DNA from: Acidobacteriota bacterium
GTDB lineage: Bacteria > Acidobacteriota > Thermoanaerobaculia > Multivoradales > UBA5704
Direction: 5' to 3'
Assembly (NCBI GenBank): GCA_040005235.1
Contig: JBDTZG010000008.1
Location: 71,096-135,095 of the forward strand
Length of the DNA: 64,000 nt
Below the pieces are notes generated by a model, which had not been told where the DNA came from, made no database searches, and saw nothing but the letters and a program-made list of their open reading frames with translations. Position 1 is the first letter of the stretch. Each line of letters starts with the position of its first letter. A program made the translations under genes and the position numbers. Below are positions 29,873-39,536 of the stretch, piece after piece.

Positions 29873-32008
29873 CTAGAACCGGCTCTGCCAGCTCAACAGG
29901 TAGCTGCGCGCCGGGAGGCGGTAGTACTGCGCGTCGCCCAGCTCGCTTTCGGAGACCGGCGGGCGCTCGTCGGAGAGGTTCTCGCCGTCGAGACGCAGCT
30001 CGCCGCGACCGAAGCGGTAGCCGACGCCCGCGCCCCAGGTGCTGTAGGCCTTGGCGAGTGCGGTGTTGCGCTTGTTCAAGAAGCGGTCTCCCGTGGAGTT
30101 GCCGATAACGTAGGCGTTGAAGCCGGTCTTCGGGCTGTAGAGCAGGCCATAGGAGGCGAGTTTCTCCGGCGTCGTCTCCAGCCGCTTGCCGGCCAACTGG
30201 GTGAGCGTGCCGTCGAAGTCCTGGACGAAGTCGACGAACTTCGAGCTGTGATGGGCGTAGGTCACGGTTGCGCGGAGATCCGGGAACAGGCGGTAGCGCA
30301 CTTCGATCTCTTCGCCCTTGAACCGCTGCTTGCCGCCGTTGCCGAGGCCCGGCTGGCCGTCTTCGTTGATCGAGATGATCAGGTTCTCGAAGTCCATCTT
30401 GAACGCCGAGATGTCGAAGTCGAGCCGGCCGTCGAGCAGGTGGCCCTTGGCGCCGAGCTCGTAGCTCTTCGCCGTTTCGGGCTCCAGGATGTCGGCCTCG
30501 GCCTCGGGACCGAAGTCGAGCGCCGCCGGCTTATAGGCGTCGCGCGCGTCGGCATAGAGCCACACGCCGTCGCCGTTGTCCTGGCTCCAGGCGAGGAAGT
30601 TCACCCCCACCGTGCCGCTACCGCGGGTGGTGGTGCGACTGTCGCTGCCGTGCTCTTCTTCTCCTTCGTCACCCGCATCCATGTCGAGCTCTTCTTCGCC
30701 GGCTTCGATGTCCTCGGCGGTGCGGTTCAACCGGCCGCCGAGAGTGAAGCGCCAGCGCGGCGCGGGGTTCCATTCGAAGTTGGCGTAAAGGCCGGTGAAG
30801 TTGCGCTCGTCTTCCGAGTCGAACCCCATCTCGTGCTCGACGTGGTTGCTGCTCTCGGCGCCCGAGCCGTCGATGTTCACGTGGTAGCCGAACGTCTCGG
30901 AATCGGCCTTCCCCTTGCCGTACAAATGGTCGAGACCGGCCACCACCTGGAACGCCGAGCCGATCTTTGCCTCCCAATGGGTGTCGAGATAGATGTCGGT
31001 GAGGGTCAGATCCTGCTCGAAGCCCTCGGCGTCGTCGCCCTCGCCTCCGAGGTCGGCCAGGAAGCCGCGGACGGTCTCTTTCTTGGTATGGGTGAACGCC
31101 ACGGTGGTGGACCATTGGCCGTTGCCGAGCTTCTTGTCGTAGCCGCCGGAGAGTTGAAAACGATCCTCGTCGATCTTGGCGTTGCTCGGGTTGTAGTTGG
31201 CGTCGAGCGGGGTGATCGAAGAGAGAACGCGGCCTTCGCGCACGTGCGGGCTCGCCGGATCCTGGTTGACCACCGAGCCGTCGAAGTCGAGGTGGAAGCC
31301 GCTATCGGTGCGACCGCGGTAGAGGACGTGGCCGCGATCGAAGCCGGTGTCGTCGTCCTTGAATCCGCGCCGCTCTCCGTTCACGGTCAGCGACTGCTGG
31401 TAGCTGCCGAGGGCGGGAAGGTCGAGGGAGACCGCGGCGAGGCCGCTGCCGTAGTTGCCTACCCCGAGACGATAATCGCCGGCCGCCCCGTCTGTCCGGC
31501 TGCCGGGCTGGCGGTGGAGGACCTGGATGACGCCGACGAACGAGGTGGCGCCGTACATCACGGGCGCTGCGCCGCGCAGGACTTCGATCCGATCGACGTT
31601 GGTGAGATCGAGCGAGATGAGCGCGGGGTTGAACGCTCCCCCGGCCGGCACGCCGTCGACCACCAGCAGGAAAGCGTCGAACTCGCGGAGGCCCCAGATT
31701 TCCGGCACCGAACCGGCCGGGCCGCCGTCGCCGCCTTGCGGGATCGCCACTCCGGCGACCAGCGCCAGGGCACCGGTCAGATTGGTGATGCCGCGCTCGG
31801 CCAGCTCTTCGCCCGAGACGACGGTGACCGAAGCCGGGACGGTTTCAACGTCTTCGGGCACGCGCGTTGCGGTGACCTGAAGCGTTTCTTCAAGGGTGGG
31901 CGGGGTCGAATCGTCCTGTGCGGCGAGCTGGAAGGATCCGGCGAAAGCGAAGACGGTAGACAAAGCGAGCGACAGGGCGGTCCCGCCGCGATGGGATTTG
32001 AAACTCAT
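29873..32008 (-). CDS. TonB-dependent outer-membrane receptor
   Basis: AGGAG SD, signal peptide, ETLQVTATR TonB box, plug motif DRIEVLRGAAPVMYG, LEPE...SYELGAK, C-terminal WQSRF. Confidence 0.94.
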   Translation of the reverse strand: MSFKSHRGGTALSLALSTVFAFAGSFQLAAQDDSTPPTLEETLQVTATRVPEDVETVPASVTVVSGEELAERGITNLTGALALVAGVAIPQGGDGGPAGSVPEIWGLREFDAFLLVVDGVPAGGAFNPALISLDLTNVDRIEVLRGAAPVMYGATSFVGVIQVLHRQPGSRTDGAAGDYRLGVGNYGSGLAAVSLDLPALGSYQQSLTVNGERRGFKDDDTGFDRGHVLYRGRTDSGFHLDFDGSVVNQDPASPHVREGRVLSSITPLDANYNPSNAKIDEDRFQLSGGYDKKLGNGQWSTTVAFTHTKKETVRGFLADLGGEGDDAEGFEQDLTLTDIYLDTHWEAKIGSAFQVVAGLDHLYGKGKADSETFGYHVNIDGSGAESSNHVEHEMGFDSEDERNFTGLYANFEWNPAPRWRFTLGGRLNRTAEDIEAGEEELDMDAGDEGEEEHGSDSRTTTRGSGTVGVNFLAWSQDNGDGVWLYADARDAYKPAALDFGPEAEADILEPETAKSYELGAKGHLLDGRLDFDISAFKMDFENLIISINEDGQPGLGNGGKQRFKGEEIEVRYRLFPDLRATVTYAHHSSKFVDFVQDFDGTLTQLAGKRLETTPEKLASYGLLYSPKTGFNAYVIGNSTGDRFLNKRNTALAKAYSTWGAGVGYRFGRGELRLDGENLSDERPPVSESELGDAQYYRLPARSYLLSWQSRF

Positions 32009-32030
32009 GGAGCTTCTCCTTTTAGAACCT

Positions 32031-32046
32031 GCGATGAATTCATCGC
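32031..32046. promoter_or_regulatory. Perfect 16-bp palindrome GCGATGAATTCATCGC upstream of the TonB receptor; candidate operator
   Basis: Self-complementary and 22 nt upstream of the start codon. Confidence 0.45.
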
Positions 32047-32136
32047 GCACATGGTTTCCAAGTTCCGAACGGCGGATCTTGGGGCCGAAGTGGCGTTTCG
32101 AACGAGGGACGGAGCGCGGAAGATTTCCGCGCCGTC

Positions 32137-32904
32137 TCACTGGTTCGAACGCAGGGTCTGAAGGAGAGGGGAGAGCGGATGGAATGCCGCGCGCACGGGC
32201 TCCGCCTGAAGCGCGCGCGAGGGTATCGGCACGAAAGCGGGGGTCGACGCGGCGGCCGCCAGGCGCATCTTCGCGCCGGATTCCGGAGCCTCCGCGGCGC
32301 CCGGATCGATCGATTCGAGAGCGAAAGGACCGTGCAGGTGCTCGCTGGCATCGGGCGCGGCCGACTCAACGCGGACCAGGTCGCCGCCGCGGCGGGAACC
32401 TTCGACCCAGAGGACGACGCCCGGATCGCCCGGCCGTGCCGGTTCGCCGAGCCCGTAGGACTCGACCGTCAGGCTCCGGGTCGCCGCGATCCGCGAAGCT
32501 CCCGCGAGGCCAGGCAGGATCACGAACCGATGGGGGATTTCGATCGAAGTCTCGCGCTGCTCGTCGCCGAAGCGGAGCAGCAGGCGGGCGGTGCGCGACG
32601 GAAACTCCGGCACCTGCCAGGAGATCCGGTGCAGGTCGCGATCGAGGTGAGGCGTGATGCGGATCGGGTAGGTGGCGCCGTCGTCGAGCGACAGAAAGGC
32701 CTCCCACTCCTCGACGTTCGGAAGATCCAGGAACGAGGCGAGCGGCCCCCATTCCAGCTCCGCGGTCTCTCCCGCGACCATCGGGATCGCCGCCGAAGGG
32801 GCGATCAGTAGCAGCGGGCGCGCCGAATCTGCCCCGACCGAAGCGGTGGCGGAGTGTGCCGCAAACAGGGCGGCGACGACGAGCCCGGTAGTTCGAATAC
32901 GCAT
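32137..32904 (-). CDS. Secreted hypothetical protein with Pro/Ala-rich tail
   Basis: 255 aa, signal peptide, Ig-like beta core (EEWEAFLSLDDGATYPIRITPHLD); hairpin 32108-32136 abuts the stop. Confidence 0.72.
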   Translation of the reverse strand: MRIRTTGLVVAALFAAHSATASVGADSARPLLLIAPSAAIPMVAGETAELEWGPLASFLDLPNVEEWEAFLSLDDGATYPIRITPHLDRDLHRISWQVPEFPSRTARLLLRFGDEQRETSIEIPHRFVILPGLAGASRIAATRSLTVESYGLGEPARPGDPGVVLWVEGSRRGGDLVRVESAAPDASEHLHGPFALESIDPGAAEAPESGAKMRLAAAASTPAFVPIPSRALQAEPVRAAFHPLSPLLQTLRSNQ

Positions 32905-32972
32905 GAGCGCCCGATAGAATAACCCGACCGGGCACCCCGCGCCAAGGGCGGGCCGTCAGTCAGGGTGGGCCG

Positions 32973-33500
32973 TCAGGGCGGCCCGTCAGAGTCACTGCGC
33001 GACTCCGCCTTCGCCAACAGCTCTTCTAGGGGCCGGCCGGAGACGTCGATCTCCACCCGGTCGAGGTCGCGAAATTGAAGCGCCGTCCGTTCGAGCTGCA
33101 GGCGCACCCGCGCGGCGTCGCAGGCATCGCCCAATTCCAAGTAGCCGTCGAGGTGAAGCCGCGCGGTCTTTCCGCTCCGCTCGACTCCGCGCAGGCGGAG
33201 CGGCGAGGTGTAGAGCGCATGGAGAAGGCCGCTCCGGGTATCGAAGCGATCCTTCTTCCCCAGCAGCACCGCGAGCGCCCCTTCGAGCGCGGGCTGGCGG
33301 CGTGGCAGGACGATCTCGATCGGCATCGGCCGGTCGTTTCGGCAGTCGCCGACGGCGCCATCCGGCGCGATCAGGAAGATCTTCACCCGCTCCACTCCGT
33401 CCGTCGAGCGTGGTCCGCGGAGGCCGCAACCCGCGAGAGTGAAAGCCAGCAGCACGACAGGGAGGAACCCTCGAATCAAGCGGGCTCCCGCCGTTCCCAA
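32973..33500 (-). CDS. GerMN-domain lipoprotein
   Basis: Lipobox LAGC; ALAVLL..., QLERTALQF..LDRVEIDVSG pattern; start codon uncertain. Confidence 0.7.
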   Translation of the reverse strand: MGTAGARLIRGFLPVVLLAFTLAGCGLRGPRSTDGVERVKIFLIAPDGAVGDCRNDRPMPIEIVLPRRQPALEGALAVLLGKKDRFDTRSGLLHALYTSPLRLRGVERSGKTARLHLDGYLELGDACDAARVRLQLERTALQFRDLDRVEIDVSGRPLEELLAKAESRSDSDGPP

Positions 33501-33988
33501 AGGGTGAAGGCGAACGCGGGCAGGTCACCCTCGGGCTCCCGCCGATCGTTCTCGAGCCGGCGCCAATGGTTCCAATCGACTTCCGGAAAGAAGGTGTCCC
33601 CCGGGTACTCGCGTTCGATGAGCGTGAGGTCGAGGCGATCGACCTGCCTCAAGGCTGCGGCGTAGACTACGGCGCCGCCGACCACGAACAGTTCGTCGTC
33701 GCCCCGCTCCCGGCCGATCTCGAAGGCAGATTCGAGCGTTGTCACGACCTGCGCTCCGGGCGCACGGAACCCCGGGTTCCTCGTCAGCACCAGGTTGGTC
33801 CGGCCGGGCAACGGCTTGCCGCCGATCGACTTCCAGGTCGCGCGGCCCATCACCACCGTGTGGCCGAGAGTCCGGCGCTTGAACCGGCGAAGGTCCTCCG
33901 GCAGGCGCCAGGGCACATCCGCTTTGCCCTCTTTGGTGATTCCGATCGTCCGATTGGCGGCGACCGCCGCGATGATCGTGGTCTTCAT
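33476..33988 (-). CDS. folA: Dihydrofolate reductase
   Basis: IIAAVAANRTIG, VPWRLPEDLRRFK, MGRATW, PLPGRTN, VGGAVVY, GDTFFP; directly downstream of thyA. Confidence 0.95.
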   Translation of the reverse strand: MKTTIIAAVAANRTIGITKEGKADVPWRLPEDLRRFKRRTLGHTVVMGRATWKSIGGKPLPGRTNLVLTRNPGFRAPGAQVVTTLESAFEIGRERGDDELFVVGGAVVYAAALRQVDRLDLTLIEREYPGDTFFPEVDWNHWRRLENDRREPEGDLPAFAFTLWERREPA

Positions 33989-34005
33989 GCAGGGGGCCGG
34001 GCCGG

Positions 34006-34800
34006 TCAGATCGCGATCGGCGCCGGGATCGAGGGGTAAGGGTCGTAGCCTTCGATCGCGATGTCCTCGAAGCGGAAATCGAACAGCGAGCGGACTTCTT
34101 GGTTGAGCAGGAGCCGGGGCGCCGGTCGCGGCGTCCGGGAGAGCTGAAGCCGCGCGGCGTCGAGATGGTTCAAGTACAGATGCGCGTCGCCTAAGGTATG
34201 GACGAATTCCCCGGGCGCCAGATCGCAGACCTGCGCCACCATCGAAGTCAAGAGCGCATAGGACGCAATGTTGAACGGCACGCCGAGAAACAGGTCGGCG
34301 CTTCGCTGGTAGAGCTGGCAGGAGAGCTTTCCGCCGCCGACCCAGAACTGGAACAGGGCATGGCAGGGGGCGAGCTGCATCCGATCCAGCTCGCCGACGT
34401 TCCAGGCCGAGACGATGTGGCGGCGCGAGCTGGGGTTTTTGCGGATCTGTTCGACCACGCCTGCGATCTGGTCGATCGTCGTGCCGTCCGGCGCCGGCCA
34501 CGATCGCCACTGCCGGCCGTAGATCGGCCCCAGGTGGCCGTGCTCGTCCGCCCACTCATCCCAGATCGAGACCCCTCGCTCGTGAAGCCAGGCGACGTCG
34601 GTACGGCCGGCGAGGAACCAGAGCAGCTCGTGGACGATCGATTTCAGGTGCAGTTTCTTGGTCGTTACCAGCGGGAAGCCGGCGGCCAGGTCGAACCGCA
34701 TCTGGTAGCCGAACACCGAGAGCGTACCGGTGCCCGTGCGGTCGTCTTTCTGGACCCCGTGGTCGAGGACGTGGCGGAGGAGGTCGAGGTAGTTCTGCAC
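34006..34800 (-). CDS. thyA: Thymidylate synthase
   Basis: [45 protein letters not shown]; 264 aa. Confidence 0.98.
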   Translation of the reverse strand: MQNYLDLLRHVLDHGVQKDDRTGTGTLSVFGYQMRFDLAAGFPLVTTKKLHLKSIVHELLWFLAGRTDVAWLHERGVSIWDEWADEHGHLGPIYGRQWRSWPAPDGTTIDQIAGVVEQIRKNPSSRRHIVSAWNVGELDRMQLAPCHALFQFWVGGGKLSCQLYQRSADLFLGVPFNIASYALLTSMVAQVCDLAPGEFVHTLGDAHLYLNHLDAARLQLSRTPRPAPRLLLNQEVRSLFDFRFEDIAIEGYDPYPSIPAPIAI

Positions 34801-34900
34801 GGCTCGGGGTGAGCATATCGCCGATCGGCACTGAGTTTCGGCTCGCGATAGTATCGAGGCGGCAGAGATTCTGCGGCATCACTTTCGGAGGAGATCGAAG

Positions 34901-35515
34901 ATGGGTAAGGCCGGTTGCGTCATCATCGGGATTATCGTGGCAGTTCTCGCCCTGGGGGCCCTATGGGGCGTCGGCCAATACAACGGGCTCGTGGGTTCGC
35001 AGCAGGAAGTCGATACGCAGTGGGCGCAGGTCGAGAACGCCTACCAGCGGCGGGCGGATCTGATTCCGAACCTCGTGGCCACCGTCAAAGGCTCGGCCCA
35101 GTTCGAGCAGGACACCTTGACGAAGGTGATCGAGGCGCGCAGCCGCGTCGGCCAGATCTCGGCCCAGGCGACCAGTGAGATCCTTAACGATCCGGCTAAG
35201 TTCCAGCAGTTCCAGCAGGCTCAGGACGGCCTCTCCTCGGCCCTGTCGCGACTCATGGTAGTGGTCGAGCAGTACCCGCAACTCCGCTCGACCGAGGCAT
35301 TCACCAACCTCATGGCCTCGATCGAAGGCTCGGAGAACCGGATCAACGTCGAGCGCAACCGCTTCAACGAAGTCGCCAAGGGCTACAACACCCGGGTCCG
35401 GCAGTTCCCGGCCAGCCTGTTCATCAGCCTCCTCGGCTGGCACTTCCCGCCCAAGCCCTACTTCGCCGCTACCCCCGGCGCCGAGACGGCTCCGAAGGTC
35501 GATTTCGGGAAGTAG
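34901..35515 (+). CDS. lemA: LemA family protein
   Basis: N-terminal TM, YQRRADLIPNLV.TVK, EQYPQL, ENRI.VER.RFN. Confidence 0.94.
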   Translation: MGKAGCVIIGIIVAVLALGALWGVGQYNGLVGSQQEVDTQWAQVENAYQRRADLIPNLVATVKGSAQFEQDTLTKVIEARSRVGQISAQATSEILNDPAKFQQFQQAQDGLSSALSRLMVVVEQYPQLRSTEAFTNLMASIEGSENRINVERNRFNEVAKGYNTRVRQFPASLFISLLGWHFPPKPYFAATPGAETAPKVDFGK

Positions 35516-35540
35516 AAGGCAGGGGACGGGTGAAAACCAA

Positions 35541-35580
35541 CGCCGCCGCGGGCCGAAGGCCCCGGCGGCGATTTAATTTT
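35541..35580 (+). terminator. Rho-independent terminator after lemA
   Basis: cgccgccg-cgggcc-gaa-ggccc-cggcggcg hairpin followed by atttaatttt. Confidence 0.75.
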
Positions 35581-35629
35581 CCTGGATTCCCCTAGACGTT
35601 TTCCCTCGGATGTCGTAGAAGTTCTAAGA

Positions 35630-36853
35630 ATGCGCGCAGCCCGCCGGAGCCTGGCGCTCCTCGCCCTCTCCTTCCCCCTCTTCATTTCGGCCCTCGGCTG
35701 CCAGGGGGCCGTGGGATCGGCGGCCGTCGATTCCGCTCCTTCGGACCTCGTCGTCCGACAAGGCGAGGTGCGCCCTTGCCAGCTGCTCACGGGCGAGCTG
35801 GTTGCGGAGCGGGCGGAGGTGCTGTCCGTGCCGCCGGTTCCGGGTTGGCAGGCGCAGATCCGGTGGCTGGCCAAGGACGGGTCGGAGGTGAAGGCGGGGG
35901 ACCCGGTGGCGATCTTCGACAGCGGGTCGCTGGCCTCGGATGTCGAGGAGAAAAAGCTCAAAGCGACCGAAGCGGAGCGGGCGCTGGAGCAGAAGACGGC
36001 GGAGGCGGAGACCAGCGCGGCCGAGAAGCGCTATGCGATCGAGGAGAAGCGGACCGCTTTGGGCAAGGCTCGGACGAAGGCAGAGGTGCCGCCTGAGCTC
36101 CTTCCGCAGGCGGAATATCAGGAGCGGCAGCGGGCGCTCGCCCGGGCGGAGGGGGAGCTGGCGAAAGCCGAGCGGGCTCTAGCCACCCAAGCGGCCACCA
36201 GCCAAGCGGATCTCGCCGTCGACCGGATCTCGCTCGCCGCGTCGCGGCGGGAGATCGAAACCGCGGAGCGAGGGCGCTCGGCGCTGTCGCTTTCGGCGCC
36301 GCGCGCCGGGCTGGTGCTGATCGGTAAACACCCTTGGGAGGATCGCGAGCTGCGCGAAGGGGACTCCGTCTGGGTCGGGATGGCGATTGCCAGCCTGCCG
36401 GATCTTTCGACCCTTGGCGTGCGCGCGCGTCTGGCCGACGTCGACGACGGCCGGATCGCCCCCGGCATGGCGGCGACCTGCACGCTCGACGCCTATCCGC
36501 GCGAGACGCTGCCCTGCCGGATCGAGGAGATCTCGGCTCTCGCGGGCGAGGCGGCCAAGGGCGCGCGCCTCCGGCGGGCATTCGCCGTGCGGGTCGCCCT
36601 TGCCAAGGCCGATCCGAAGCGCATGCTGCCGGGGATGTCGGTTCGGGTGGAAGCCTGCGGCGCGCCGCAGATGGGCCTGCTTGCTCCTCGCACGGGGCTC
36701 GATCTTGCAGCGAATCCGCCGCGGGCGCGCCTCGCAGCGGGCGGATTCGCCGCGGTACGCCTCGGCGCCTGCGGCCCCCTCGATTGCCGGGTCCTGGCGG
36801 GGTTGGCGGTCGGTCAGCGGTTGCGGGTTGAGGGCGGGGGTGAAGCGCGATGA
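35630..36853 (+). CDS. Periplasmic adaptor (HlyD/MFP) subunit 1
   Basis: Lipobox-like ALGC, lipoyl halves (DGSEVKAGDPV / LSAPRAGLV), coiled-coil hairpin, MLPGMSV. Confidence 0.85.
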   Translation: MRAARRSLALLALSFPLFISALGCQGAVGSAAVDSAPSDLVVRQGEVRPCQLLTGELVAERAEVLSVPPVPGWQAQIRWLAKDGSEVKAGDPVAIFDSGSLASDVEEKKLKATEAERALEQKTAEAETSAAEKRYAIEEKRTALGKARTKAEVPPELLPQAEYQERQRALARAEGELAKAERALATQAATSQADLAVDRISLAASRREIETAERGRSALSLSAPRAGLVLIGKHPWEDRELREGDSVWVGMAIASLPDLSTLGVRARLADVDDGRIAPGMAATCTLDAYPRETLPCRIEEISALAGEAAKGARLRRAFAVRVALAKADPKRMLPGMSVRVEACGAPQMGLLAPRTGLDLAANPPRARLAAGGFAAVRLGACGPLDCRVLAGLAVGQRLRVEGGGEAR

Positions 36854-38226
36854 CGGAAAAGACCCAAAGGGCGGCAAGGACCGTAAGGACGGAGGACGCG
36901 CCGGAGGTGCAGGTGTCGGCGCGCGAGCGGAAGGGCCGCAGAAAGCTGGGGCTGCGCATCGCCCTGGCAATCATCGGGGCGCTGGTGATTCTGGGCGGCC
37001 TCGCCTGGGCTTCACGGTCGGGCAGGGTTACCGCGTCGCCGCGCGACTGGGCGGTGGTCGAACGGGGCGACCTGGTCACCACCGTTCCGGTCTCGGGCGA
37101 GCTTGAAGCCGTGACTTCCGTGATGCTGGGTCCGCCTCAGATTCCGGAAACCTGGGAGTACAAAATCGCCGAGCTGGCCCCCGAAGGGCGGAGCGTTCCG
37201 GCCGGCGCTCCGGTGGTCCGCTTCGACACCGCCGAGCTGGAGCGGCAGTTGGTCGAAAAGTCCGCCGAGCGCGATTCGGCCGAGCAAGAGATCGCGAAGA
37301 AACGTACCGAGCTGGCGCTCGCCCGCGGCGAGGCGGAAGTCGCCCTCGCCGAAGCCGAAGCGCGGCAGCGGAAGGCATCGCTCCAAGCGCAGGTTCCTCC
37401 GGATCTGTCGTCGCGGATTGAGCTCCTCGGGGCGAAAGCCGACCTCGCGTTGGCCGAAAAGGAAGTCGCCTACCGGAGCGAGCGGCTGCGTCAGGAGGCC
37501 CGAAGCGGCGCCGCCGCGCTGGGTGCGCTCTCCGACAAGCGCGATCGCGCGGCGGCCCGCCTGCGCGAGGTGCAGGAGTCGATCGAGAAGATGACCGTCC
37601 GCGCGCCGCGCGCCGGGACCGTGATTTACGTTGCCGATCGCAACGGCCAGAAGAAGCGGATCGGCGATTCCTGCTGGCAGATGCAAAAGGTGGTCGAGCT
37701 GCCGGATCTCGGCCGGATGAGCGCGCGCGGCGAGGTGAGCGAGGCCGACGTCGGCCGTTTGGCGATCGGACAGAAGGTGCGGATCGCGCTCGACGCGCTG
37801 CCCGATCTGCCGGTGGTCGGCCGGCTCGATGCCGTCGATCGCGCGGTGCGCGAAGAGCGCGGCAAGGAACGCTCGGAAGGCAAGGTGATCGCGCTCGACG
37901 TCTCCCTGCCCGGCGCGCTTCCGGGTACCTCCGGCGCGGCGACCGAGGGATCTCCTGCGGCCTCCGCGCTCGCCGGGCGGTTGCGCCCCGGCATGCGTTT
38001 CCGCGGCACGGTCGAGATCTCGCGGGTGACCGGTCTGCTGCTGGTACCGGCCGAGTCGGTCTTTCCCTCCGCCGAGGGACCCAGGGTTCTGCGGCGGACG
38101 ACGTGGGGGTTCGAAGAGGTCTACCCGAAGCTCGGCCGGCGCACGCCCGAGGCGTTCGAGGTGCTCGCCGGCCTCAAACCTGGCGATGCCGTGGCAAGGC
38201 GCGACCTGGCGGAGGAGGCGAAGTGA
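36850..38226 (+). CDS. Periplasmic adaptor (HlyD/MFP) subunit 2
   Basis: TM anchor, EGRSVPAGAPV, VRAPRAGTV, LRPGMRF, GLKPGD; ATGA overlap. Confidence 0.87.
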   Translation: MTEKTQRAARTVRTEDAPEVQVSARERKGRRKLGLRIALAIIGALVILGGLAWASRSGRVTASPRDWAVVERGDLVTTVPVSGELEAVTSVMLGPPQIPETWEYKIAELAPEGRSVPAGAPVVRFDTAELERQLVEKSAERDSAEQEIAKKRTELALARGEAEVALAEAEARQRKASLQAQVPPDLSSRIELLGAKADLALAEKEVAYRSERLRQEARSGAAALGALSDKRDRAAARLREVQESIEKMTVRAPRAGTVIYVADRNGQKKRIGDSCWQMQKVVELPDLGRMSARGEVSEADVGRLAIGQKVRIALDALPDLPVVGRLDAVDRAVREERGKERSEGKVIALDVSLPGALPGTSGAATEGSPAASALAGRLRPGMRFRGTVEISRVTGLLLVPAESVFPSAEGPRVLRRTTWGFEEVYPKLGRRTPEAFEVLAGLKPGDAVARRDLAEEAK

Positions 38227-39536
38227 GGTTGCCGCCGTGGGCGAGGGGGGCCGGCGCCCTCCTCTTCTGGGCATGGCTTGCCGGTTGCGGTACAGACGAC
38301 GTCGCGGTGCCGACCGTCACGGTGCGAATGGAGCCGCTGGTGCGGCGGGTGGCGGCCGAAGGTAACCTCGAAGCGGCGCAGGCGACGCCGCTCTCCGTGC
38401 CGGTCGAAGCGCCCGGACCGATGCGCATCGCCTGGCTCGCCCCGGACGGCGCGCGGGTCCATGCCGGCGACGTGATCGCAACCTTCGATCCGACGGAGCT
38501 CGACAAGGCGCTCGACACCGCGCGCGGCGACCTCGCCAAGACCCGCGAGCAGAGGAAGAAATCGGGCGCCACTTCGAGCGCCGCGCTCGCCGATCTCGAC
38601 GTCGACGCCGATCTGGCGCGCGGGGATCTCGAAGCGGCCGACAAGTTCCAGAAGCGCGACGCCGAGGTTTTTTCGCGCAACGAAATTTTGGCATCGGCGG
38701 CCGACCGCGAGCTGGCCCAGGCGCGAGAGAAGAACGCTCGCAAGGCGCGCGGGCTACGCGCCGCGCAGTCTGCGGCCGAGCGGGCGCTGATCGAGATCGA
38801 CGCGCGCAAAGCCGAAGTTTCGATCGGCCGGTCCGAGCGCGGGCTCGCCGCGATCGAGATGCGCGCGCCGCACGACGGCCTGTTCGTCCCCAAGCGCGAT
38901 TTCCGGAACGATCCCGTGCGCCCGGGCGATACGGTGTTCGCCGGCCAGCCGATCGGCGAGCTGCCCGAGTTGAACACGATGCGTGCGGAGGTCTACGTGC
39001 TCGAAGCCGACGCGGACGGGCTGGAGGTCGGCAAGGCGGCGACCGTGATCCTCGAATCCCGGCCGGACCGGCCGGTGGCGGCGAAGGTGGCCCGCGTCGA
39101 TACGCTGGCCAAGCCCCGCTTCCGCGGTTCGCCGGTGCAGTATTTTGCAGTCGACCTCGATCTCGCCCAAACCGATCCGAGCGTCGCCAAGCCCGGCGCC
39201 CGCGTGCGCGCCGAGCTGGTTCTGGAACGGCGCGCCCAGGCGCTCTCGATTCCGCGCCAGGCGCTGTTCGAGCGAGGAGGCAAAAGCGTGGTGTTCCGGC
39301 GCGAGAAGGGCAAGGCCGGCGGGCGCTTCGAGGCCGTGCCGGTCGTCACCTCGCCGGCGGGTCCGGGGCGGCTGGTGGTCGAATCGGGGCTCGCGGCCGG
39401 AGACGTCATCGCCTTGATCGACCCCGAGCTGGGGAGCGCGCCCGCGACCTCCGAACCCAAAGCCGGGCCAGCGGGCCTGCCGGGAACGCCCGCCCAATCG
39501 GCCCGGCCCGCGGGACCCGAGGGAGGAGCGCCGTGA
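38223..39536 (+). CDS. Periplasmic adaptor (HlyD/MFP) subunit 3
   Basis: GTG 38223 overlapping the upstream TGA; lipobox LAGC, DGARVHAGDV, MRAPHDGL, SGLAAGD. Confidence 0.85.
   Translation: MRLPPWARGAGALLFWAWLAGCGTDDVAVPTVTVRMEPLVRRVAAEGNLEAAQATPLSVPVEAPGPMRIAWLAPDGARVHAGDVIATFDPTELDKALDTARGDLAKTREQRKKSGATSSAALADLDVDADLARGDLEAADKFQKRDAEVFSRNEILASAADRELAQAREKNARKARGLRAAQSAAERALIEIDARKAEVSIGRSERGLAAIEMRAPHDGLFVPKRDFRNDPVRPGDTVFAGQPIGELPELNTMRAEVYVLEADADGLEVGKAATVILESRPDRPVAAKVARVDTLAKPRFRGSPVQYFAVDLDLAQTDPSVAKPGARVRAELVLERRAQALSIPRQALFERGGKSVVFRREKGKAGGRFEAVPVVTSPAGPGRLVVESGLAAGDVIALIDPELGSAPATSEPKAGPAGLPGTPAQSARPAGPEGGAP

Noticed and set aside
32009-32136. Cobalamin or TPP riboswitch ahead of the TonB receptor
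   Set aside because: The gap is only about 128 nt and I see no B12-box or TPP consensus; an Rfam scan would settle it.
29261-32161. 966-aa plus-strand ORF
   Set aside because: Antisense shadow of the TonB receptor joined to the repeat array; no protein motifs.
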